This document shows, in pieces, positions 22,201 to 32,153 of a stretch of 64,000 nucleotides of DNA. This DNA comes from Macrostomum hystrix (taxonomy: Eukaryota > Animalia > Platyhelminthes). The position numbers were made by a program, and so were the translations under genes. How positions within the stretch are numbered: position 1 is the first letter of the stretch; each line of letters begins with the position of its first letter. The notes beneath the pieces were generated by a model that saw nothing but the letters and a program-made list of their open reading frames with translations, made no database searches and had not been told where the DNA came from. The stretch spans positions 13,640,001 to 13,704,000 of the forward strand of contig CATNEN010000001.1 in the NCBI GenBank assembly GCA_950097015.1, written 5' to 3'.

Positions 22201-25090
22201 TGTTGGCTGCTTTGATAATGATATCATCTAGATAGATGAGGCTAACCTTCATGAGGAGAGGCCTGAATACCTTATGCATGAGTTTGGCAAAGTTGGCAGG
22301 TGCCGTTTTTATTCCGAATGGTACCACCTTCCAACGGAAGGTACCTTGCGGACAAGAGAAGGCTGTGTAATCCCTGTCTTCCTCCTTGATCCCCACCTGC
22401 CAATAGGCGGAGGTTAGGTCTAGACTAGAGAACACAGTGGCCCCAGCCAGGCTATCGAAGGATTCCTCGATAAGAGGTAATGGAAAACTACATGGTTTAA
22501 TTAGTTTATTGACAGCCCTATAGTCTATGCATAGACGTTGAGTCCCGTCCTTTTTCTTGACGAGGACAATAGGCGAGACCCAATCTGAGTCACATTCTTC
22601 TATGACCCCTTGATCGAGCATTTGTGCTATATGTTGGTCTAGAAACTCCTTTTGATTCGGCGTGGTACGCCGCGATGGTTGTGTTATTGGCCTGGCTTTA
22701 GGATCGATGAGTTCTATCCCCATCTCATGCATGTGGGTGTGGCCTAGATCATTATTGTCTTGTGATATTTGGCTTCGGAAATAGTTAAGCAGGCGCAGGG
22801 TTGTAGCTAATTGAGCTGTGGTGAGTTTGGATTTGTCTAGTTGAAACTGATTGGTCAGCCAGTTCGCCACGTGGGCAGTTGGGGCTGGTAGCTTACTAAT
22901 TTGCTGAGTTAGGTTGGCTGTGTTCTCGATGCTGAAGTCAGACTCTCTTAGTGTGGTCTGGATTACTACCTCCCGTTGGCTAAGTTCTTGGAAGGAAGCT
23001 ATCTCTTGGCCCCTTTTGATGTGAATTGGTGTTTCCCCGCAGTTCAGCACCCGTACAAGTACATGATCAGTGTCACTGACTGCATCGATGGTTCTGGCTA
23101 CTAATTGTTCAGATCTGGTATTGAATAGTGTTGGCATAAGCATCCCTTGTGCATGCGGTGTTGAATCGAGTACTCGACTTAGCATTAAGGTTTCTGCTCG
23201 TGGCGGCAGCTCAATGGAACTGGCTGCTAGCACACGGCGAACTTGGAAGATTTCTTTATCTCCCTCAATGATTTGCACTGATGTACCGGCTACCGTAACG
23301 CAACTTGAACTGAAATCTAACATTACTTGGAAGCTTCGTAGGAAGTCCATGCCCAGAAGGGCTTCGGCAGTGGCATCGGCCATTACTAGGAATACATGTG
23401 TCTTAGATACTTCTCCTAGTTTAATTTCGCAACGCAATGACCCTAGGATCTCGGTTGTGGATCCATTGAAAGCTGTAGCCTTTCTGGTGTAAGTACTAGG
23501 TACAAATACATTGTTGACTGGATCTGCGGCTACTAATCTATCTTTTACCTTTACACCCATGGCGCTAGCAGTGGCACCTGAGTCTATACAAGCTAGTATT
23601 TTAGAATCACTTACTTCCAGTTGCACGAAATAGCTAGACTCAAATTTGTCTGGAATGGCATCCCACTGTCTACATTGAGGATCGCCATCCTTCGGTTGGT
23701 GCTGTACATTACAAGCCTTATCGTGTTGGCGGCCGGGGTCTACCTGTCTCTGGTAGCACACCCTAGTTCCCACCAACCGATGCTGATCGGCTAGCTGTCT
23801 TAATTCAGGTGAGAGCTGGCTGCCGTGGACGAACAGTTGTTCTGGCAGCTGTTCGGATTGGATGAACCCAAAGTTTGATGACCACGCAGCTATGGTCCCG
23901 ATCTCCGTGAGACCTGAGTCACGGATCGGTTTTGAACCTTGGCTCCCTTTATTTGGATTAGGAGGAATGATTCTAGGCGGTGATGAAGGGCAGTCGGCGA
24001 CCAAGTGGCCTGTTTGACCGCATCTATGGCATGCCCGAGGAGGGCGAGAGTGGATCTGTGGCTGGTAATAAGGACGTTCTCTCTTCGGCGAGAGATTACG
24101 CTGCGGCTGAGGAAGGCGATGCCTTGGTGGTGAGAGATTGTTCTGCGTAGTCTGATACATACGTTCTATCTGTTGCACGGGCGGCAACCTAGTCTGGTCA
24201 GCTCGTTTAATTTCCTCGGCTTGTATGTGAACTAATCTTTCTAATTCAGCGACACGCTGTTCCATAGCCCTTTTTTCGGCATCTGGTTCAGCGGTGCGAA
24301 TTCTGGCTATAGTAGATGGCATATTGAGGAGCTGATAGACCCCAACGAGGTCCTTGGCCTTCTGCATGAGTTCTTCAGCAGAGGCCGCGCTATCTGTCTC
24401 CTGATCCCACAAGAGAAGCTTTTCGGCAAGCCCCTTGTCACGTAGGCCATGACAGAACCGAGCTTTGATCAGGGGTTTCGCTTCGGTGAGCGAGAGACCC
24501 GCTAATCTGGTATATGAGACTAACCTATCGAAGAACTCGGACATAGGTTCCGAATGGCTTTGAGAAGCAGCAACCAATTCGACATATGCCTTATCCTTTT
24601 GTTTGGCATCCGTGTACCTTTCCCTAAGTACACGAATGGCGGATTCGAATGGCAACTGGTCGCAGCGGTAGTTGAGGAAGACTTCCTGACACTCGGGTGC
24701 CAGTAGAGAGACTAGGACAGCAGAGCGCTGGTCCTCTGGGACACGGCAGGTGGCTAGATATGACATGAACTGAGCCTCCCAAGTGTCAAATTTCATCTTG
24801 GGATTGAAAGCTGGTGGCGGCCGAAGGCGAATCTCAGGTTGCTTCGGTACAACTGACGGCGAGGAGTTATCTAGGCCGGAGGCCGCCGGTGAGTGGACAG
24901 TAAGACGAGCCTCTATCATCTTATGAAGAGAAGCCAGAGTCTGAGTAAGCAAGACGTGCTCACTGACACCGCCAGCGCCCTCAGGCTGATCGGTGGACCC
25001 TATGGAATTTACTTCGGCAGGGTCGGCATCAATTTCGCCTCCACCGAGTTGTGGTGGGGCTGGGACCTGATTGTCGCCGTTATCGGACAT
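19253..25090 (-). CDS. Gypsy Gag-Pol polyprotein (Gag, CCHC, cold-shock-like domain, PR, RT, RNase H, INT)
   Basis: 1945-aa single ORF: CHRCGQTGHLVADC, IDSGATAS protease, LCIDYRAVN..YLDD RT, DCDSS..ELL RNase H, H-H-C-C and VHVDH..SDNG..ERM integrase, WLGPY motif. Confidence 0.97.
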   Translation of the reverse strand: MSDNGDNQVPAPPQLGGGEIDADPAEVNSIGSTDQPEGAGGVSEHVLLTQTLASLHKMIEARLTVHSPAASGLDNSSPSVVPKQPEIRLRPPPAFNPKMKFDTWEAQFMSYLATCRVPEDQRSAVLVSLLAPECQEVFLNYRCDQLPFESAIRVLRERYTDAKQKDKAYVELVAASQSHSEPMSEFFDRLVSYTRLAGLSLTEAKPLIKARFCHGLRDKGLAEKLLLWDQETDSAASAEELMQKAKDLVGVYQLLNMPSTIARIRTAEPDAEKRAMEQRVAELERLVHIQAEEIKRADQTRLPPVQQIERMYQTTQNNLSPPRHRLPQPQRNLSPKRERPYYQPQIHSRPPRACHRCGQTGHLVADCPSSPPRIIPPNPNKGSQGSKPIRDSGLTEIGTIAAWSSNFGFIQSEQLPEQLFVHGSQLSPELRQLADQHRLVGTRVCYQRQVDPGRQHDKACNVQHQPKDGDPQCRQWDAIPDKFESSYFVQLEVSDSKILACIDSGATASAMGVKVKDRLVAADPVNNVFVPSTYTRKATAFNGSTTEILGSLRCEIKLGEVSKTHVFLVMADATAEALLGMDFLRSFQVMLDFSSSCVTVAGTSVQIIEGDKEIFQVRRVLAASSIELPPRAETLMLSRVLDSTPHAQGMLMPTLFNTRSEQLVARTIDAVSDTDHVLVRVLNCGETPIHIKRGQEIASFQELSQREVVIQTTLRESDFSIENTANLTQQISKLPAPTAHVANWLTNQFQLDKSKLTTAQLATTLRLLNYFRSQISQDNNDLGHTHMHEMGIELIDPKARPITQPSRRTTPNQKEFLDQHIAQMLDQGVIEECDSDWVSPIVLVKKKDGTQRLCIDYRAVNKLIKPCSFPLPLIEESFDSLAGATVFSSLDLTSAYWQVGIKEEDRDYTAFSCPQGTFRWKVVPFGIKTAPANFAKLMHKVFRPLLMKVSLIYLDDIIIKAANNDQMIAHLALVLWQLRKANLKIKPSKCELFKDKVTFLGFVVSNKGIEADPAKTQAVQNWPRPVSKKQLLSFLGFANYYRKFVPRFSTIATPLYALSKKEAEFVWLPHHERAFQELKRRLCAPPILAYPDLSATGREFILDCDSSLEGTGGVLSQVGADGQTRVIAYASKKFSGSQQNYCATMRELLGLVLMLEHFRTYLLDKPFTVRVDAAALKWLHSKKHATGMLAQWLATIELYPLKVQQSTLERIAEYDFTVEYRPGAEHVNADALSRLPKFRPDHSDCPTCSRIPEFQEKFKSKNPKHKAPKKPAVQMRHISIGTTCCDATCQTDTIVVTTPNPLPTPVTAIRSVEPSDGAAPPQSSRATASNTSATAPTNKPEVSPEVLWAQNAQDSCIDLHRLIDCIQGKSPPLSKAELQGCSREIRSLWTQLTDLEVMEGLLYLVKPSKTKTKTAARRLVVPETADVSQLVLQYHRQLNHCGITKTMSALKARFALSNLDIIIKGVLAECTICARTKKSKRKLKAPMLPELSGYPNQVVHVDHAGHAGPFEEREGFKYLLVMVDRFTGFVEVTPVPDVGAETTATTILTEWVARYGTMEQLVSDNGTAFINSTLTELTRLLQIDMGRITARRPQANGKAERMIQTVKAQMRAICLERQCDWPLAGRLAAMSIRATVAESTGFSPAKLFLGHELDLPLDLIHNPPKGDHYKPEQFAHQLHKTLVEVSALARNIRGKAQQRQKRYYDRSALRTEFNEGELVWVLNPNHKGIEPSVWLGPYKVIQRCSERTYRLAPELGLTHPSNRVPNPKHNIYNIDRLKPCIRQPSYQDIVNRYGPANNAGSSSITSSQSESTPSQSTSKLSSDDFNLVTLPHQTTSVAPASRLPEREAGAVAEPLPSTPSSGESGTGTSTGTTPSTTSSPSASSEQEELVEETSESAVSEPPVPAVEVRTRSGRLVRPPIRYRRYQVKPRSCQVSDLIQWLGSQH

Positions 25091-25976
25091 GGCGAGACGG
25101 CTACGAAGAGTGCAAGAGCAAGACCAGGCACGAGCGGCCTGCAGTTAGGCAAGTTGAGCAGAGTGAGCGAAAGAAGATTCCAGCAAAAACGATTTGCCAC
25201 GTGGCGGAAGTCGATGGCGGGTGGGCAAGGCGAGAAGGCGAGAGAATGAGAGTGCGTCCTAATACTTAAATGCCTGACTGGGGCACAAAACCACGGCCTA
25301 ATAGGGAGAGTCCTATCACGCAAACCACCCCAGCTAATCAAGTCAGGCGGTATAGTCCCTACACAAAATTTTGGCGCACAGCGTAACCTGAACGCGGAGT
25401 CAAGCTCAACGCTACTGTTGTCAGCGGGCGACGTACTCGACACCGGGACCGGATCGGCGAGTTCACACCAGGTGCTTCGGTTCCGGTCAGCTTCCTTGAT
25501 CGGCCACGGGCTCGCGCTCGACTCGCTCGGCACGCTCGGCACGCTCGAATCCGAGACTGGGCGATCGTCCAGATCGCCGTCACCGCAGGTGCAGCTGCTG
25601 AAATCACCAGGACCGACGAGCCGGAATCCCCAGGCGAACCGATGGCACAGGCGATGAACAATGGACAGACAGTGGCCGCGAATAGTGTCAAACAGCCCGG
25701 TGTCCTTAAAAGGGCCGTTTCACGACTCGACAAACAGTAGGTAATAGCCGCCAGGTAGTGGTGATGAGCAATTGATACAGGCGACACGCAATAGCAGATG
25801 ATAGGCGATAGGCAGGCGACAGACAATAGTACAGATGACAGGCAGTAGACAATAGGCGATAGACAATAGTACAGATGGCAGGCAGTAGACAATAGGCGAT
25901 AGGCAATAGTGCAGATGACAAGTGGTAGATAGGAGCTCGCTAACACCGTCGTGCGTCCGGCAGTGCAGAGTTTGTG

Positions 25977-25993
25977 TCTCGGTGGGACCTCCA
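25977..25993 (-). other. Primer-binding site, tRNA-Gln type
   Basis: Minus strand TGGAGGTCCCACCGAGA, 6 nt after the 5' LTR; complementary to the 3' end of eukaryotic tRNA-Gln (..TCTCGGTGGGACCTCCA). Confidence 0.85.
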
Positions 25994-25999
25994 AAATTA

Positions 26000-26661
26000 T
26001 GTGACGATTAAACACAAAGGACGAAGTCGAAGTCTGAGCAGCGGCAATTGTAAGTTCGGCAATTCAAAGTCAGTAATGTGGGTGACGTAGCGGTAGCACT
26101 TTTATTCTGTATGCACTGGGACGTCGACAAGCAGGGCGTAATGTAAGGCGTAGGAGCTCGTAATGGTGAGTGTCAGAACCGAATGTAGTGGAGTGTAGTG
26201 AGTGAGAAAAGTCACGGCATGAAACGTAGAAGAGCGAGAATGGCGATAACGAAAGTGAGGAAGAAAGAACCAGTGGAGCGCAGAACCAGCCGGAAAGAAA
26301 GAACCAGAACCAGTGGAGCGCGAGCGGGCCGGAAGCCCTTGGTTAAGTAAACTAGGCTGATTGAAAAACAAAGCGATCGATACTTCCGGCCAGCCAGAGC
26401 TCGCACGCTCATTGGCCGGGGGGAAAATACATTAAGATACGCGTAGTAAATAGCTAGAATGGCGCGATATACGTTTATGGTTACTGACAGTAGCGCACTA
26501 ATAATTTGACTTACTAATATAAATTAACAGAATTGGATAATATTATACGATGAGTTAAAACGGCCCTCGCAAGTACATAATTTGGAAATTAAGCATATAA
26601 TCAACGCATAGAGTAATATTGTAGGGGCGCAGGGATGCCTTCAACAAGTGACAACGTCACA
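26000..26661 (-). repeat. Gypsy 5' LTR
   Basis: Direct repeat of 17340-18001, followed by the PBS on the minus strand. Confidence 0.97.
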
Positions 26662-27278
26662 CACACCTCCCACCCCAGCACCCTTGGGAGGATGCCGGGT
26701 GAGGCCAGGGTGACGTCAAGCACCTCAGCCCACCGCCCATTGTCGAAAGTGGGCGTGTTGCCCACATTGCAGAAGTTAAGAGGCGTGCCGCTGACGAAGG
26801 CCAGGAGCTCTTCGCCGCGGTCATTGATTTTTGAGCTACCCCAGTGGGTGTGATGCGAGTTAGCATCTCCCGCGAGGAGCAGCTCGAAGTTTCGTGCCCT
26901 GGCGAATTCACAGAGGGCGAGGGTATCGCCGACCACGGGGGCGTCGCCTGCCAGGTAGGCGGATGCCACGAGGGTCAACTTGTTAGGCACAATGTGTGCA
27001 GATTGGATGACGCAGATGTCCCCGTTAGAGAGATCGGGTCTCATCCACGCATTTAAGGCTTTTGCGGCATAGATCAGTGATCTAGGGCGGACAGAGTCTG
27101 CCATGCAGAAGCAGTCATAGCCAGCAGGAATGTTGCTTGGCTTGTTCTTTGATAACCAGGGCTCCTGCACAAGTACAAGGCCCGGCATCATGCGCTCTGT
27201 CGTGCGCATCAGATTGACTGATGCTGCCACGCAGTGCTGGGTGTTAACTTGCAGACATGAAATTCCGGGGATCATCAT
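26662..27278 (-). CDS. LINE ORF2 N-terminal APE endonuclease (separated from RT by the Gypsy)
   Basis: LQVNTQH, LVLVQEPW, VASAYL, AGDANSHH..WGS..NDRG, NVGNTPTF and VLDVTL motifs. Confidence 0.9.
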
Positions 27279-27493
27279 GTAGGCAGAGGTCTACTTGGAG
27301 GGGGACCCAGCCAGAAGGCGGTCCTCCTCCTCCGGGTCGATGTCGGTAGCCATGGGCTCCTCCGTGCCCAGGCCCCGAGCCGGAGACGGGAACTCGACGG
27401 GGTCAGCCGCCCAGTCCCCACCCCCGGCCCCGAGCCCAGGCCCAGAGTCGCCCTCAACTGGAGCCGACACCGCTCCAGTGGAGCTAAGGCGCC

Positions 27494-28089
27494 AACTCGT
27501 GCAGGCTGCAGTTAACCGACGAAACGTCACTGCCAAGCTGGGCTCCGACAAGCTCGTAGAAGTCAAGCGAGGAGTCATCTGGCTCAAGCGACTGCCGGAG
27601 GACTGCACGGAGGATTTCCTCAGACGGAATTCGATCGAGATGACTCCCCGTCTGTGGCGAGCGCTGTGGTGCCATGTCGACCGGATCAGTAGTGAGCTGA
27701 GAGGAAAGTCACCGGAGTGCGAGTACGAGCTGGACCCTCAGGACATCAAGACCGAGCCGGACATCGAGAATCGGGCGGGCCAACACTCTAGTGAGGATGC
27801 GGACGACGAGAAGAAGCTGCTGATTTCCGAGTCAGACAACGCAACCTCCGAACCGCTTCCAGCTGCAGCCCAACTGTCGATGCCCAAAGCATTCGGCTGC
27901 ATCCCACAGCAGGACAGCGACCTGTCTCAGGATCCTTACTGGTACCAGGCCCGTGCAGCTGCGGGTCTCAGTGTCAACTGCTTGATCGGAAGCCGAAAGC
28001 GCAAGCAGCCATGGCCTCTGCGTAGGAGCGATGCGATCAAGTTTCCGAAGCTGACGGACGACTCAGATGAAAACAAGGACAACGAGTGA
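27494..28089 (+). pseudogene. PC4-like gene, 3' part (possible second PC4-like repeat plus acidic tail)
   Basis: Continues in frame from 14132 across the TSD; KLGSDKLVEV..IWLKRL..SIEMTPRLWRAL pattern; ends WPLRRSDAIKFPKLTDDSDENKDNE*. Confidence 0.65.
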
Positions 28090-28299
28090 ATTTCCAAGTG
28101 ACAGTACATGCATAAAATAATTTCTAACTTCATTCATTTGGTCAAATGCACACTAAGCTTATTATCTATCCAGCCATATTTCAGCAATATACTCGTAGGC
28201 TACAGAGTAATTTTGCTCTGTGCTTCTCGCAAAGCTAATTTAACTGTCTTTTTTGGCTTTATTGCTCGGTATATGTATCAAGACATTTTATAAACTACA

Positions 28300-28720
28300 T
28301 TGTGGCAATGCAACTTAAGAAAGTTGCTAAAGACAAAAAATAATATTGATTCTGACATCCTCTTCATGTTGGAAAATGGAAAAGCTTTACTACAATCCCG
28401 CTCAGCCGGCCAGTTTCTCAGGTGCATCAAAGTGCAGCAGCAACTAGGGAAAAATAATGAGGTGAAATCTAGAAAATACATTGAGCTGTGGTTAACTGAA
28501 CAGCCCGTGCACACACTGCACAGGTCGGCTAGAAGGCGCTATCCCAGAGCACCAATCATAGTGCGATCCATTGACGATCAATGGGAGCTTGAATTGGTTG
28601 AGATGATTCCATTCGCAAAGTACAATAATGGCTACAAGTACATTCTCACATGCATTAATGTGCTGTCCAAATGTGCATGGGCCAGGCCATTGAAAAATAA
28701 ATCAGCTGCAGAAATCTTTT
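28300..28720 (+). pseudogene. Second, diverged Maverick integrase fragment (N-terminal half)
   Basis: WLTEQPVHTLHRSARRRYPRAPIIVRSIDDQWELELVEMIPFAKYNNGYKYILTC..LKNKSAAE is paralogous to, but not identical with, 11146-11490; truncated by TIR-type repeats. Confidence 0.85.
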
Positions 28721-28805
28721 ACATTGCGCCAATTTCCACACTGCGGCAGTGTCGTAACATCCCATCTGATTATCATTCGGTAAGCCTTGACCATTTAGCA
28801 TTTGC

Positions 28806-30529
28806 AGTGCCAAGTGATAGGCGGACCTCTCTTCCTATCCCTGCAGTGTTAACCCACCCCCCTCACCAATGCAAAGAGAGAGATAGACCAGCAAGGCCGG
28901 ATCTTGCAATGACCTGCATCACAGACATCAAGGTAGCATTTAACGTTCTCTCAGTGCAGCTGCTTGGAGGTTGAATGGGCCAGCGCCAGCGAGTTCCGTT
29001 TGTCAGAGGCAGAGTGACCAAGAAAATTAAAGGCTAATTAAAATGTGAGGGCTTCGCCCCCACACCCCCCTCTACTCCTATCTCTGCTGTGTTAATCCCC
29101 CCAGCGCAAAGAGATAGGCCGGCCTCTCTTCCTATCCCTGCAGTGTTAATCCATCCCTAATGCACAGAGATAGGCCAGCCATTTCTCTTATCTCTGCAGT
29201 GCATTCGTTTCCTTCCTATCATTTTACATTGCTTTCCTATCTCCCCAGTGCTAATGCGGCAGTGTCATAAGCACAGTAATGGGCTCCTGCACAAACCCAC
29301 CTGATTGGCCTGCATATCTCCACTGTGTAGGCCCCGCTCCTATCCTTTTACATTGCTTTCCTATCTCCACAGTGCTAATGCGGCAGTGTCATAAGCACAG
29401 TAATGGGCTCCTGCACAAACCCACATCATATTTCGCAGCAGGGAGTCCCAGTTGCAGGTTGTTGACTCAACAAGGCTGCAGTGCACATTGACCAGGTTGG
29501 TGGGCGGACAGCCGATGCAACAGCTTGACACGTGGCGTCCAGTTGGGATTTTGATTGGTTTCCAAATCCCAACCACTGCAGGATTTTGCTTGGAGGAAGA
29601 TACAACTCTGCTCGTGCGGTATTGTTGTGCATCACTGTTCTTTGATTCTGAATTTCAAACTTTATCTCAAAATCTTTATTGCTGCGAGCCATCAGGCCCG
29701 ATTCATCAGGCCAGATTCATCAGCCTCCATCTCAGACTCTCTATCGCTCATGGCATCAAAGAACAGTGACTCAGAGTTGACTAGCAGCTCGTTCAACCGC
29801 TCCACCAGCTCCTCCACTCTGCCAAAGCGTCCGGGTTGAAGAGCCAGGGCCTCATGCTCTCTTCCATCTGAGACTGTGAAGCAGTAAGGCTCGTCAACAT
29901 TGAGCCATGCAGATGGATTTCAGCCAGACCTGCCTCATAGTCCACATTTCGATCCAAGTATATAGGTGCAGACAGGCGAAAATTAAAGTTACTAGAAGAA
30001 CCTTCTGCATGCTCACTGTTTATTACGATGCTGCTCATTCCTCAAAATTAAAATATTAAAATAACTTAGATATCTATATCTTTCTTAAGTCCTTCTCATC
30101 CACCCAGCCAGTCGAGTTGTAGCCGGCCCACTTTACGAGATAGCGAATCTTTCCCTTCCGCTTCTCAGTCTTTAGAATCTTTTCAATCACATAAAGTCGC
30201 TGGGAGTCCGAAACAGCTTGGAGTTCATGCTCATGAAAGAGTCCTTGGATGTCTTCCCCCCTCATGTCGCGAATCTTGTACATGTAGGGATAATGCTTCG
30301 GAGCCCTGGACACCACATTGTACACCTCCTCACTCCAATTGGCCTTGTATCCTTTCCTGAACAGTCGGGTGCATAGGAAATCCGCACCGACTGGTTTTCG
30401 CTAAACTTAGGCTTCCTCAGTTTCTCCACAGTCTCAATCGCTCTCCCATCGTACAGGTTCATCCACACCTCAGACTCATTTTCCTTACAGACACTCGTGG
30501 GGGTCATTTTGATGCTTCTTTGGTAAGTA
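28806..30529 (-). repeat. Near-identical inverted duplication of ~11753-13472
   Basis: ORF pairs mirror exactly (11957-12208/30074-30325, 12244-12489/29793-30038, 12791-13003/29279-29491; coordinate sum 42282). Confidence 0.95.
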
Positions 30530-32030
30530 GTATGGCGAATTATGATTCTGCCGCATTAGCACTGCGGAGATAGGCGGTAGTGTAAAAGCATAGGAGTGGA
30601 TGAATTCAATGTATAGAGATAGGAATCAGAGGCGGCCAATGGGATGTTATAATTCTGCCGCATTTGCACTGGGGAGATAGGCGGTAGTGTAAAAAGCATA
30701 GGAGTGGGTGAATTCACTGTATAGAGATAGGAATCGGAGGCGGCCAATGGGATGTTATGATTCTGCCGCATTAGCACTGGGGAGATAGGCGCAATGTAAA
30801 ATGATAGAAAGGAAACGAATGCACTGCAGAGATAAGAGAAATGGCTGGCCTATCTCTGCATTGAGGATGGATTAACACTGCAGGGATAGGAAGAGAGGCC
30901 GGCCTATCTCTTTGCGCTGGGGGGATTAACACAGCAGAGATAGGAGTAGAGGGCCTGTATCGGGATGTGGGGGCGAAGCCCCACATTTAAATTACTTTTA
31001 ATTTTCTTGGGCACTCTGCCTCTGACAAACGGAACTCGCTGGCGCTGGCCCATTCAACCTCCAAGCAGCTGCACTGAGAGAACGTTAAATGCTACCTTGA
31101 TGTCTGTGATGCAGGTCATTGCAAGATCCGGCCTTGCTGGTCTATCTCTCTCTTTGCATTGGTGAGGGGGGTGGGTTAACACTGCAGGGATAGGAAGAGA
31201 GGTTCCGCCTATCACTTGGCACTGAAAATAGTCCTCGGAAATTCAGTGGGTGAACAAACGCCTATGTGTTTGCATAGTGGACTCTGTTGCAGGTAAATCT
31301 GTCTGAGAGGGAGAGAGAGAGGCAGTCAGTGCAGTCTGATAAACCGATTGATTATTCAGTTCCACTCCTCCAATGGAATTTCACTTTTGCTCTGGTCTCT
31401 CATATTTTTTCATATGAAGACAACAACAAAACAACTGTTGGCCTGGGGAAAACAGTGAAACCACCATCTGTTTGCGGTGGGTATGGGCAACACTGTAGAG
31501 ATAGGACAGTGGATGCGTAGCATAGATACATAAATTCAGCCTAATGTTATTATAAGTTTTCTTAGTATTACAAGTGTATATGCGCCCACATCCCGATACA
31601 GGCCCTCTACTCCTATCTCTGCTGTGTTAATCCCCCCAGCGCAAAGAGATAGGCCGGCCTCTCTTCCTATCCCTGCAGTGTTAATCCATCCTCAATGCAG
31701 AGATAGGCCAGCCATTTCTCTTATCTCTGCAGTGCATTCGTTTCCTTTCTATCATTTTACATTGCGCCTATCTCCCCAGTGCTAATGCGGCAGAATCATA
31801 ACATCCCATTGGCCGCCTCCGATTCCTATCTCTATACAGTGAATTCACCCACTCCTATGCTTTTTACACTACCGCCTATCTCCCCAGTGCAAATGCGGCA
31901 GAATTATAACATCCCATTGGCCGCCTCTGATTCCTATCTCTATACATTGAATTCATCCACTCCTATGCTTTTACACTACCGCCTATCTCCGCAGTGCTAA
32001 TGCGGCAGAATCATAATTCGCCATACTACT
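30526..32030. mobile_element. 1.5-kb MITE-like mini-Maverick module with ~446-bp TIRs
   Basis: Internal AGTAGTATGGCG terminus at 30526; 30526-30971 is the inverted repeat of 31585-32030 (mirror ORFs 30556-30777 and 31779-32000). Confidence 0.85.
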
Positions 32031-32153
32031 GAGGTTGTTGCGATGAAATCTGAATTTGGCTTGGCGATGAGAGCGCTTTGGTCGCGCTTTTGCCATACAC
32101 TTAACACACTTTATTAGGGGATGCCGCCAGGTTCCCCGGGTGGGTACTCGCTC

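Larger units (their letters stand above)
17340..26661 (-). mobile_element. Complete Gypsy/Ty3 LTR retrotransposon
   Basis: Two 662-bp LTRs (TGTGACG..CGTCACA) with no difference seen, 4-bp TSD CACA (17336-17339, 26662-26665), PBS, PPT and an intact gag-pol with order PR-RT-RH-INT. Confidence 0.97.
14133..27481 (-). mobile_element. Non-LTR retrotransposon with APE-RT-RNase H ORF2 (R1/Loa-like), 5'-truncated in ORF1, interrupted by Gypsy
   Basis: 12-bp TSD AGCTAAGGCGCC at 14121-14132 and 27482-27493; 3' tail of TAAGTCAAG-like repeats; ORF2 restored in frame (..GWEV|WETES..) after removing the Gypsy. Confidence 0.92.
8243..32030. mobile_element. Maverick/Polinton, non-autonomous rearranged derivative
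   Basis: Starts AGTAGTATGGCGAATTATGATTCTGCCGCA and ends TGCGGCAGAATCATAATTCGCCATACTACT; 6-bp TSD GAGGTT at 8237-8242 and 32031-32036; contains integrase, minor-capsid-like and PC4-like genes. No pPolB, packaging ATPase, protease or major capsid recognised. Confidence 0.92.

Noticed and set aside
25359-26015. 218-aa ORF upstream of gag as an extra Gypsy ORF
   Set aside because: Non-ATG start spanning the LTR/PBS, Cys/Leu/Tyr bias caused by leader tandem repeats, and no domain.
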